Source: Mobula hypostoma (lineage: Eukaryota). From it: DNA of 64,000 nucleotides. The stretch is taken from NCBI RefSeq assembly GCF_963921235.1, contig NC_086097.1, forward strand, positions 250,358,001-250,422,000. The letters run 5' to 3'. The position numbers and the translations under genes were made by a program. How positions within the stretch are numbered: the stretch's first letter is position 1; each line of letters begins with the position of its first letter. The notes under the pieces were generated by a model. It was not told the origin of the DNA. It made no database searches and worked only from the letters and a program-made list of their open reading frames with translations. This document shows, piece after piece, positions 50,680 to 62,387 of this stretch.

Positions 50680-53600
50680 TAATATGCCTAACAAATGTGT
50701 TGAAATTCCTTGAGGGAATAACAGGCAGGATAGAAAAGGAGAGTCAGTGGATGTTTTGTACTTGGATTTTCAGGAGGCCACCCATGATGCAGCTAAACAA
50801 GATAAGTGTCCATGGTATTACAGTAAAGATAGTAGCACAGATTGAAGATTGGTTGATGGGCAGGAGGCAAGGAGTATGAATAAAGGAGGTCGTTTTTAGT
50901 TGACTGTCAGTGATTAGCGGTGTTCCATAGGGGTAGATGTCGCGAACACTTCTTTTTACTTTATAAATCAATGATTTGATGATGGAATTGATGGCTTTGC
51001 GGCCTATACAAAGGTAGGTGGAGGGCAGGTGGTGTTGAGGAGGCAGGAAGTCTACGGAAGGACTTAGATTAGGAGAGTGGGCAAAGAAGTGGCAGATGGA
51101 ATACAGTGTCAGGAAGTGTATGGCCATGCACTTTGGTAGAAGGAATAAAGGTGTAGACTATTCTCTAAATGGGGAAAAGAATTCAGAAATCAGAAGTGCT
51201 AAGGGACTTGTGCAGGATTCCCTGAAGGTTAACCTGCAGGTTGAGTTGGTGGCAAGGAAGGCAACTGCAATGTTAGCTTTCATTTCAAGAGGACTAGAAC
51301 TAAGAGCAGGGATGCACCGCTGAAGCTTTCTATGGCATTAGTCAGATTGCACTTGGAATATTGTGAGCATTTTTGGATCCCTTATCTGAGACAGGATGTG
51401 CTGACATTGGAGATGGTCCAGAGGAGGTTCACGAAAAATATTCCGGGAAAGCAAGGGTTATCGTATAAGGAGCATTGGATGTGTCTGGGCCTGTCCTCAA
51501 TGGAATTTAGAAGAATGAGGGGTGATCTCACTGAAACCTCTATTATCGAAAGGCCTAGATATAGTGGATGTAGAGAGGATGGGTCCTATAGTGGGAGGGG
51601 GGCGGTGGTTAGTTTAGGACTAGACGGCACAAACTCATATCTCTTTTGCGGGAAGGCAGAGGGGGGCTGATGTTGTTCTGTTGGTAAAAAACGAAATCAG
51701 ATCATGAGAACAAGGTGACATAGGATCAGATGGTGTTGAATCATTGTGGATGAAGCTATGGATCTACAAAGGTAAAATGACCCTGATGGGAGTTGTATAC
51801 TGACCCCCAAACAGTAGTAAGGGTGCTGCCAACAAATTAAAGCAGAAGTTGGAAAATGCATGTCAAAAGGGCCATGGGGGACCCAGTCTGATGTATCTGT
51901 ATTACTGTGGAATAAAAGGAATTACAGAGGCACAAAATAAAGGTTGGCCAGAATTGATTGGAAAAGAACATTCACATGGATGACAGCAGAGCAGCAAGGT
52001 CTAGAACTTCTGGAAGCATTTTGGAAGGCACAGAATATATACATCCCAAAGAGGAAGTAGTATTCTAAAGGAAAGATGACACAACCGTAGCTAACAAGTG
52101 AAGTCAATGACAACATTAAAAGCAAAGAGAGGGCGTATATTAGAGCAAAGGTTAGGGGGAAGTTAAAGGATTCGGAAGCTTTTAAAACCCAACAGAAGGC
52201 AACAAAAGAAGTCTTTAAGAACGTGAAAATGCAATGCAAAGTAAGCTAGCCAATAATATTAAGGAAGCTGTACTTGATCTGCTATTGGGATATGAACCTG
52301 CTCAGGTGTCAGATCTCTCGGTGGGAGAGCATTTTGGAGGTATTGACCACAACTCTATCTCCTTCACCATAGTGCTGGAGAGGGATAGGAGCAGACAATT
52401 TGGAAAACATTTAATTGGGGTAGGGGGAAATATGATGCTATTAGGTAGGATCTTGGGAGCATAAATTGGGAGCAGATGTTCTCAGGGAAATGCATGGCAG
52501 AAAAGTGGTAAATGAAACTCAGTTACAGAGAAAGGTTGAATAGGTTAGGACTTTATGCCCTGGAGCATAGAAAAATGAGGGGAGATTTGATAGAGGTATA
52601 TAAAATTATGATCGGTATAGATAGAGTGAATGCAAGCAGGCTTTTTCCACTGAGGCAAGGGGAGAAAGAAACCAGAGGACATGGGTTAAGGGTGAGGGGG
52701 GGAAAAGTTTAAAAGGAACATTGGGGGGGCTTCTTCACACAGAGTGGTGGGAGTATGGAATGAGCTGCCAGATGAGGTGGTAAATGTGGGTTCTTTTTTA
52801 ACATTTAAGAATAAATTGGACAGATACATGGATGGGAGGTGTATGGAGGGATATGGTCCGTGTGCAGGTCAGTGGGACTAGGCAGAAAATGGTTCGGCAC
52901 AGCCAAGAAGGGCCAGAAGGCCTGTTTCTGTGCTGTAGTTTCTATGCTTCTATGTTCAGGGAACATTTGCATGGAGTTCTGCATAGGTATGTTCCACTGA
53001 GGCAGGGAAAGGATGATAGAGTTACAGAACCATGTGTACAAAGTATGTAGAAGATCTAGTTAAGAAGAATAGGATATGAAAGGTTCAAAAAACTAGGTAC
53101 TGTTAGAGCTGTAGAAGATTACAAGATTGCTAGGAAGGAGCTTAAGAGAGGAACTAGGAGAGCCAAGAGGAGGCCATGAGAAAGCCGTGGTGAGCAGGAT
53201 TAAGGAAAACCCCAAAGCATTCTGGGCTACAGACAGCCTAGCGCATCTGTAGATGTGAACTTCCCACTATTCAGGACATTTACAAAGACAGATGTGTAAA
53301 AAGAGCCCAAAGGATCATTGGGGACCCGAGCCACCCCAACCACAAACTGTTCCAGCTGCTACCATCCGGGAAACGGTACCACAGCTTAAAAGCCAGGACC
53401 AACAAGCTCCGGGACAGCTTCTTCCACCAGGCCATCAGACTGATTAACCCATGCTGACGCAACTGCATTTCTATGTTATATTGACTATCCTGTTGCACAT
53501 AATACATGATATTTATTATAAGTTACTATAATTACACATTTAGATGGAGACATAACATAAAGATTTTTACTCATATATATGAAGGATGTAAGTAATAAAG

Positions 53601-55840
53601 TCAATTCAATTCAATTGTGAGAATAGGACCAGTCAGATGCAATAGTGGAAACGTAGCATGGAGTCGAAGGAGGTAGCGGAGGTACTTAATGAATACTTTG
53701 CCTCAGTATTCACTAGGGAAAAAGACCTTGGCAATTGTGGGGATGACTTACAGCGGACTGAAACGCTTGAGCATATAGACATTAAGAAAGAGGATGTGCT
53801 GGAACTTTTGAAAAGCATGAAGTTAGGTAAGTCACCTGGACCAGATGAGATATACCCCAGGCTACTGTGGGAAGTGAGGGAGGAGATTGCTGACCCTCTT
53901 GCGATAATCTGGGTCATCAATAGAAACAGGAGAAGTACTGGGGGACTGGAGGGTTGCAAATGTTGCTCCCTTCTTCAAGAAACGGAGTAGGGATAACCCA
54001 GGAAATTGTAGACCAGTGAGTCTGACTTCAGTGGTGGGCTAGTTCTTGGAGAAGATCCTGACAGGCAGGATTCATGAGCATTTGGAGAGACATAATCTGA
54101 TTAGGGATAGTCAGCATGGCTTTGTCAAGGGCATGCTTGATTGAATTCTTTGAGGATGTAACAAAACACATTGATGAAGGTAAAGCAGTGGATGTAGTGT
54201 ATATGGATTTCAGTAAGGCTGAAGTAGCCACACAAGGGGGCATAGTTTTAAGGTACTTGGAAGTAGGTACCGAGGGGATGTCACGGGTAAGTTTTTCACA
54301 CAGAGAGTGGTGGGTGCGTGGAATGCACCGATGGAGGTGGTGGTGGAAGTGGATACAATAGAGTCTTTTAAAAACGTCTTAGGTAGGTACATGGAGCTTA
54401 GAAAAATAGAGGGCTATGCACTAGGGAAATTCTAGGCAGTTTCTAGAGTAGGTTATATGGTCGGCACAACATTGTGGGCCGAAGGGCCTGTAATGCGCTG
54501 TAAATTTCTATGTTCTATGATACCAAAAGTTTCTTCAGATTCATAAGGTGTAATAGAGAGACGAGAGTGGATATTGGACCACTGGAAAATGATGCTGGAG
54601 GAATAGTAATGGGGGACAACGAAACAGCCCACAAACTGCATGAGTATTTTGCATCCTTCTTCACTGTGGAAAACAGTTGCAGTATGAGGCTGCTTAAAAA
54701 ACTATGAGCCCATGGTACTTTGTATTACAGGAAAGATTCTAGCATGGATAAAGCAGTGGCTGATTGGCAGCAGGCAAAGAGTGGGAGTAAAGGGTGCTTT
54801 CTGGCTGGCTGCCGGTGACTAGTGATATTCCACAGGGGTCTGGGTTGGGACCGATTCTTCCTACGTTATATGTCAATGATTTGGATGATGAAATTGATGG
54901 CCTTGTTGCAAAGTTTGCAGATGATATGAAGACTGGTGGAGGGGCATGTGGTTTTGAGGAAGCAGAGAGGCTACAGAAGGATTTCAAAAGATTAGGAGAA
55001 TTGGCAAAGATATGGCAGATGGAATATAGTGTTGGGAACTGTATGGTCATGCTCTTTGGTAGAAGAAATGAAAGAGTTGACTGTTCTCTATATGGAGAGA
55101 AAATACAAAAAAAAACCTGAGACACAAAGGGAATTGGGAGTCCTTGTGCAGGATTCCCTAAAGGTTAATTTTCAAGTTGAGTCTGTGGCAAGGAAGGCAA
55201 ATGCAATGTTAGCATTCATTTCAAGAGGACTAGGATATAAAAGCAAGAATGTAATGTTGAAACTTTATAAAGCACCGGTGAGGCCTCACTTGGAGTATTG
55301 TGATCAGGTTTGGGAACCTTATCTTAGTAAGGATGTTCTAAAACTGAAGAGGATTCAAAGGAGGTTCATGAAAATGATTCCAGGATCGAATGGCTTGTCA
55401 TATGAAGAGCATCTGATGGCTCTGGGCTTAAATTCACTAGAATTCAGAAGAATGATGGGTGACCTTATTGAAAGCTATTGAATGGTGATAGGGCTTGATA
55501 GAGTGGATGTGGAGAGGATGTTTCCTATGGTGAGAGAGTTTAAGACCAGAGGACATAGACTTAAAATAGAGGGGCATCATTTTAGAATGGAGATGAGGAG
55601 GAATTTCTTTAGCCAGGGAGTGGAGAATCTGTGGAATTCTTTGCCACAGGTAGCTGTGGAGGCCAAGTCTTTATGTATATTTAAGGCAGAGGTTGATAGA
55701 TTCTTGGTTGGTCAGGGCATGAGGGGATGTGGGGAGAAGGCTGGAGACTTGGGGCTGAGAGGAAAATTGGAGCAGGCATGATGAAATGGCAGAGCAGACT
55801 TGATGGGTCAAATAGCCTAGTTCTGCTCCTATATATGGTC
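50680..55840 (+). mobile_element. Nested CR1 cluster, with an internal Rex-like fragment at 53224-53615
   Basis: CR1 ORF2 remnants in ORFs 51332, 52234, 52512, 53658, 54116, 54794, 55029 and 55482; insertion junctions are described in the findings. Confidence 0.85.
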
Positions 55841-56084
55841 AGCATATACAACTCTGGGATTTATTTTCCTGCCTTTCTGATGGCAGCAGTGAGAAGAGAG
55901 CATGACCTGGGTGGTGGCTCACATTATCCAACCCAATCAACATCTATTTATTTCTCAGTTACAGTAAATGAGGTAAGAGAAACGATTGTCTAGGTCAACA
56001 GTTGCGGCTTGCACACCCCGTCTGGAGACTCTGAATATAAACGGGCAGGCTGGACTCCAGAATGTGGATCTCAGGCAGAGTACC

Positions 56085-57030
56085 AATAACACATACACAA
56101 TGCTGGAGGAACCTGGCAGGTTAGGCAGCATCCATGGAAATGAATAAGCAGCCAAAGCTTAGGCTGAGACCCCATCATCAGGGCTCATGATAAAGTTTTT
56201 TGGTCGGAAACGTCAACTCTTTATTCTGTTCCATAAATGTTACCTGACCTGTTGAGTTCCTCCAGCATCTGGTGTGTGTTATTCTCGCCATGAGAAGCAT
56301 CCTCATTGGACAGAGTTTCTCTGGTCCTCTCATTCCAGCTCAAACCTCCACACTCAATGAACAACGCACACAAAATGCTGGAGGAACTCAGCAGGTCAGG
56401 CAGCATCCATGGGGGGGAATAAACAGTTGATGTTTCAGTCTGAGACCCTTCATCAGGACTGGAAAGGAAGGAGGTAGAAGCCCATGTAGATACTGACCGA
56501 CTTGCTGAGTTCCTCCAACATTTTGGGTGTGTTGCTCAAGATTTGCAGAATCAGTGTCCACATTCAACAAATTCTTTCACAATTTCTGCTTGCTTGAGCA
56601 AGATCCCACCTCAAAGTAAGTTCCCGTCCCTCCCTTTTCAGCATTTTGAGGTGATCATTCACTTTATGACTCTAGTCCACTCTTCCATCCCTACCTCTAC
56701 TCCCTTTTGCATGGTACTTCTCCATGCAACTGGAAGGGGTGAATAATCTGTCCTTGTCACCCCTTCCCTTCCTACCATCAACTCTTCCCCCATCCACCTA
56801 TCTTTTCCCCACCTGGTCTCACCTATCACCAGCTAGTTTGTACTCTTTCCCCTCCCCCCAACTTCTTATTCTGGTTTCTTCGCCCTTCCTTTCCAGTCCT
56901 GACGAAGGGCATCGGCCCAAAATGTTGACTCCTTAATTCCTCTCGGTAGATGCTGTCTGACCCGCCGAGTTGCTCCAGCATTTTGTGTGCGCCGCTTTGG
57001 ACGTCCAGCATCTGCAGAATCTTGTGTATT
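56085..57030. mobile_element. Cluster of Penelope-derived short elements (inverted pairs) with hammerhead variants
   Basis: Minus+plus pairs at 56085-56280 and 56360-56545. Hammerhead-like motifs at 56425-56460 (-) and 56895-56930 (+). Confidence 0.7.
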
Positions 57031-57639
57031 AAAGAGAATGGCGATAAGAGTGTTTATGGTATTTATGTGGGCTGATTTGTGCATTGGAAAAGTGGTCCGA
57101 ACTTCAGAAATAATTGGCTAAATTCAGGAGGGCTCTCAAGGCAGCAAAAGGTGTAACACAAATACAACTCTCGGCTACATAACGATTTTCATAAGCTAAC
57201 ATTTCCAAGACTAATCTCATTTTTACAGCATTGTATTCGATGTAATGACTTTTGCAATATAGGAATTCAGCACTAAGTATACAAGCTACAAGTAGGTGCA
57301 TGCAGGTTGCTAATTAGTTTGTCATCAAGGCCTAATCTCAGATGATCAGACATGATTCATCTGGAATGTTCCATACGTGCATTGTGCAAATCACCATAGA
57401 ACATACCATGGCTGTGAGACATTGTATGTAATTTTATTTAAAGTATATGAATGTCACAGTAACAACAGCCATCTTATCAAATAAGCAATCGAGGTGAAGG
57501 AAAATTAAATGGAAGAGAGAAAAGGCATAGGAAAAGAAGCTTGAAAAGCCAATGGAACGAGTCCAACGTATGTATTTTACAAACAATGTCATGGATAATT
57601 CAATAATATATTATTATTTCAAATATTAAATGCACTTAC

Positions 57640-58155
57640 CTTAAGGATGTGCTGAAACTGGGGAGTGTTCAAAGGAGGTTCACGAAATGATTCCCAGTGT
57701 GAATGGCTCGTCATATGAAGAATGTTCGATGGCTCTGGGCCTGCATACACTGGAATTCAGAAGAACGAGGGGTGACCTCTTTGAAACCTATCGAATGGTG
57801 AAAGGCCTTGCTAGAGCGGATGTGGAGAGGATGTTTCCTATGGTGGGTCTAGGACCAGAGGGCACTGCCTCAGAGTAGAGGGATGTCCATTTGGAACAGA
57901 GATGAAGAGCAGTTTCTTTAGCTCGAGAGTGGTGAAATTGTGGAATTCATTGCCATGGACGGCTGTGGAGGCCAAGCCATTGAGTACATTTAAAATGGAG
58001 GTTGCTAGGTCTTGTTTAGCCAGAACATGCAGGGTTACAGAGAGAAGCAGAAGAATGAAGCTGAGAGGGATAGCACGTCGGTTATGATGGAATGGAAAGC
58101 AGAATCAATGGGCAAATGGTCCAGTTCTGCTCCTGTGCCTTGTGGTTTTTATGGC
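57640..58155 (+). mobile_element. Degenerate CR1 3' end
   Basis: ORFs 57687-57878 and 57902-58087. Confidence 0.8.
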
Positions 58156-59569
58156 CTTACAGTACTTTTCAATTGTCAACCGCACTGGACTAACAACATC
58201 TAGACTAAATTAGATTGGGTGCAAATTCATTTTGACACCTGCATACCGATATCATTGTTCCAACACCAACCTAACCAAACCTGTTTTACTTATGCAGGAA
58301 AAAAATCTCACATAAATATTGAGGACACTTTGTTTTTTTTTGCAATAGTACACTATAATCCATTAGTGAGGCTTTGGAGTAGTTTTTGAGTTACCTACTA
58401 CAACCTACTTGTTATAGTTGGGAGTGGTAGTGGGGACAGGGGTGGTAATACAGAAAAGCTCCCACTTCCTATTAAGCGCTCCCAGTGGTGTGCATCTCAA
58501 ATAGCCTCTGACAACCAAGTCCAGCTCCTGGCCTTCACACATGGCTTACCTGCTAAGCCCGGCAGAACTGTTTCTACTGACAGGAGAAGGGGCAAAGGTG
58601 GGTTAGTGGCACCCGAAAACCAGTTGCTTTGGGTTTATGGGGCTCATCAGCCACAGTTGGTTGCTCGTCAATGCTGACTGGCAACTCCTGCAATGCTGCT
58701 ATTAGCGAGCTGCATTGGCGTCTGCTGTTCCTTTGGGTTCATCAGTTGTGTGGAGAGGGGGAGCTTGCTATGCGGGCAAAAGCTTCCTCTCCATATCCTA
58801 CTGCCCTGGCTTGTCTATCTAGACAGCTAGGACATGACATCACATCCAAGGTTGACCCTTACTGATGGAGGCCTCTCTCACTCACTACAACCAGTTTCCC
58901 CTCAATGGACTGTCTGTCTATACTTCTCGCTGCCTCAGTGAAACATTCAGCATAATTAATATCCCCACTCACCCCGGGAATTCTCTCTTCTCCCATTGGG
59001 CAAAAGATACAAAAGTCTGAAAATACAAATCAACGGCTTCTATCCCCATTATCAGACTCTGGATGGATCTCTTGTATGACTATCTGGAACCTCTGCCTCA
59101 CAATCTACCTCGTTATGATCTTGCACTTTATCGTTTTGCCTACCTCAGTGTAATGATCAGATCTGTATGAACGGTATGCAGGGCTCCTTCTATTGTGTCA
59201 GCAGCTTCGTCTCGGTTTTCACTACGTTAGTCATGCAGGCCCCAGGCAGAGACTCAGGAATACTGTCACATTCAGATGTAGTAGGATCCTTTATTGCTGT
59301 TTCTGTAAGAATTTCGTTTTACCAGTCAGAGTTGGTAACCTGAGCTGAACCTCTGAACTTTGACGACCAGTGGACCACTCTTAGTCTGGCCTCTACCCTT
59401 TGACCTATTTGCAATGGGTGACCCTACCAAGAACCAAACCATAAAGCCCTGACTCCAGCCAATGTAGGTCTTCAGGTCATTGAGGCACACAAGCCCCCAA
59501 ACCATGACAAGGTTGAGGTCTTTTTGAAGGACAGAATAATATGGAGATATTTAAAACATCCTTAGCCAA

Positions 59570-61295
59570 GGATAATTGGAGGATATCTAATGTTGTTCTG
59601 TTGTTTAAGAAGTGCTTTAGAATAAGCAAGGAAATGATAGGCTGGTGAGTCTGACATCAGTAGTGGGCAAGACATTGTAAGGTATTCCAAGGGACTAGAT
59701 ATCTAAGCATTTGGATAGACATGGACTGATTAAAGATAGTCAGCATGGCTTTGTGACTGGTAGGTTATGCCTAACTGATCTTGTAGAGCTTTTTGATGAA
59801 GTTACCAGGAAAGTTGACGATGGCAATGCAGTGGGAGTCATTTACATGGACTTTAGCCAGGCCTTTGACAAGATCCCGCATTGGAGGCTGGTTGAGAAGG
59901 TTCTGTCACGTGGCATTCAAGGTTGAGGTAGTAAATTGGATTAGATGTTGACTTTGAGGGAGAAGCCAGAGAGTGGAGTACATAGTTACCTCGCCGACTG
60001 GAGGCCTGTGACTAGTGGAATGCCACATGGTTTGACACTGGTCATCGTTGTTGGTCATCTATATTAATGATCTGTATGATACCAAGCTCCAATGACCTGG
60101 CCTTTGGATTCTCCACCCTCTGGCTGAAGAAATTCCTTCTCACCTCTGTTCTAAATGGACGTCCTACTGTTCTGAGGCTGTGCCCTCTGGTCCTAGACTC
60201 CCCCACCATAGGAAACATCCTCTCCACATCCACTCGTAACTAGGCCTTTCAACATTCAATAGATTTCAATGAGATCCCTCCTCATCTTTCTGAATTCCAG
60301 TGAGTTAAGGCCGAGAGCCATCTGTTATGTAACCGGCAACAATGAATATCAATCGAGACAGGTTATATAAAAACAACCAAACGTTAAACATGGATAAACA
60401 ATAAAAAAAACGAAAACCTTAACCAGAAGTTAACCCCTATGCAGCTGTTCAACAAATCGTCACTCGGCACTGGTTCTTAAAGTGTTAAATGCAAAAACAG
60501 GTCTTAAAGCGGTAAAGTCAGATACAGTTCTTAAAATGGTAAATGCGGAAGTCCAACAGATTTATACGTTCAATTGGGAGAGACTTCTCTGGGGAAGGAT
60601 TTCTTCATAGACGTGACTTTCCTGTTGGTTCTGTTCAAAGGATTCACGATGCAGTAAATAAACAGTTTAAAACAACTGATCTTAATTTCTTTGAGAGAGC
60701 GCGCAAATCCCGCATGAACTTCCTTGCTCTTTTGGCAAGAGTTATCTTTGATGCAGGTCGCTACTTCTTCAATGAAGACTCAATAAGGTCGATCCTTTGT
60801 TAAACTGCCGAACGATACCAACTTCTCTTAATCCTTCGGGTCCTGTACTTCGATAAAGTCTTCACTCTCCAATACTGCTGGAGAAAGGTACATCAACACA
60901 TCTAGCAAAAGTTGCCAGTCCAGTACTATTGTACCTTGCAACAGAATGTAACACTCCATTTTAAAAATGAAACTGCGTCATAAAAACAAATACGCAACAG
61001 AAACGGAGATACATTAGCGTTCTAGCTGGAAAACTAAAAACTGAAAAAACTAACTGCGTCATCTGAGGTCTTCCTCCTTTATATACCTGTGGTGCATGTC
61101 ATCACGTGACCTCACATCGGCAGGAAAATTATATCAGCTGACCTCCAAAAGACCATTACATCATTCCCACAAGATCTCCTTGAGGTATGTAACACATGAA
61201 ACACTCATACAATAAGCCTTTCATTCCCTGAATCATTCTCGTGAATCTCCTCTGAAGCCTCTCCAACGTCAGTACATACTTCCTCTCCAAGGGGA
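59570..61295. mobile_element. CR1 fragments (plus 59570-60080; minus 60085-61295, split by an LTR)
   Basis: ORF 59711-59926 (YMDFSQAFDKIPH) and ORF 60042-60233. Confidence 0.78.
60323..61194 (-). mobile_element. Solo LTR (872 bp), probably Gypsy-type
   Basis: TGTTA...TAACA termini with flanks CATC/CATG (4-bp TSD, one mismatch). Removing it restores the CR1 sequence gagccatcaaacactc. TATATAAAG on the minus strand at ~61085-61077. Confidence 0.75.
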
Positions 61296-61299
61296 ACCA

Positions 61300-62385
61300 T
61301 ATGTACAAGCAGATGGAGTGGCCATGGGATTACCCTGGTCACCAGCTGTTGCTAATTTCTACATGGAAGACTGAGGAGAGGGCTCCGAGTTCATTGCCTT
61401 TACACCCCAAATACTTCTTCAGATATGAAGATGAGAGTTTCGTAGTGTGACCTCATGGACTCCAGGCACTCCAACAGTTCCACAACCATCCGAACAACAT
61501 ACATCCAATTTACGGTGGAGATGAAGAATGGTTACCTCCCATTCCCGGACATTCTGATACAACAGGAACCTGATGGCAGCCTCGGGCATGCTATCTATCA
61601 GAAACACACTCCCATGGACTCAGACCTCAACAATAACACCATCACGCCTCCCTACAGAGCAGCTCTTTCTACTTTTTCGGACCCGGAGAGTCTCCATCAG
61701 GAAATAAGAGTATTATGCATGACAATCCTAAAGAATGGCTACAAGATAAGAGGAAATCAATTGGGCCTTTTTAAGCTGATGGAAAAAAACCAGGAAACCT
61801 AAAAAATGAGAAGGAATGTGTCACTACTGCCCTTCATCCCTATATTTCCAAGGTTTCTGTAAGGATTGCCAGGATCCTGAATAAATACCATATAAATACC
61901 TTCCATAAACACACAGGACGGCTGCCGTTTACAGGAGTCCCTGTGAATGCAGAGCAACGTATATCGGCCAGACGGGGTGCACGATGGAAACCTGCATCAA
62001 GGAGAGTAGGTGGTGTATTCGCTTGTAGCAGAACATTCCTTCCACAGTGACCACAGGATTGATTGTGACAGCACAGAACTACTGTGCCGGTCCAATGGCT
62101 TTTGGGACCACCTGGTGAAGGAAGCTGTTAAAATAACACTAGAGAATAAGAATTTCAACACAGACGAAGGTCTCGCTCTAAGAACTGGAATACCATTTTA
62201 AGCAAGGTGGGACAGTAGAAACCTGATAGGGTGAGGACTAACCTGTCATGAGGGAAGGACGAAGGGAATTGAGTATATACACCACTGGACAAGTCAGACA
62301 TCGGCATCATCCCTGATGAAGATGACGGAGTTTGTCATTGCAACGTCACTTATTGACATCTGGACCTGGCTGGAACCCCAAGAGT
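61300..62385 (+). mobile_element. Penelope-like element of a second family, degenerate
   Basis: YKQMEWPW/GVAMGLPWSPAVANFYME region, IQFTVEMKNGYLPFPDILI, PCECRATYIGQTG (GIY-YIG) and LVKEAVKI..NKNFN, plus a terminal hammerhead-like motif at 62313-62347. Confidence 0.85.
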
Positions 62386-62387
62386 TT

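Noticed and set aside
57104..57301. 65-aa minus ORF as a possible exon of a neighbouring gene such as MAL2
   Set aside because: No recognisable similarity or convincing splice sites.
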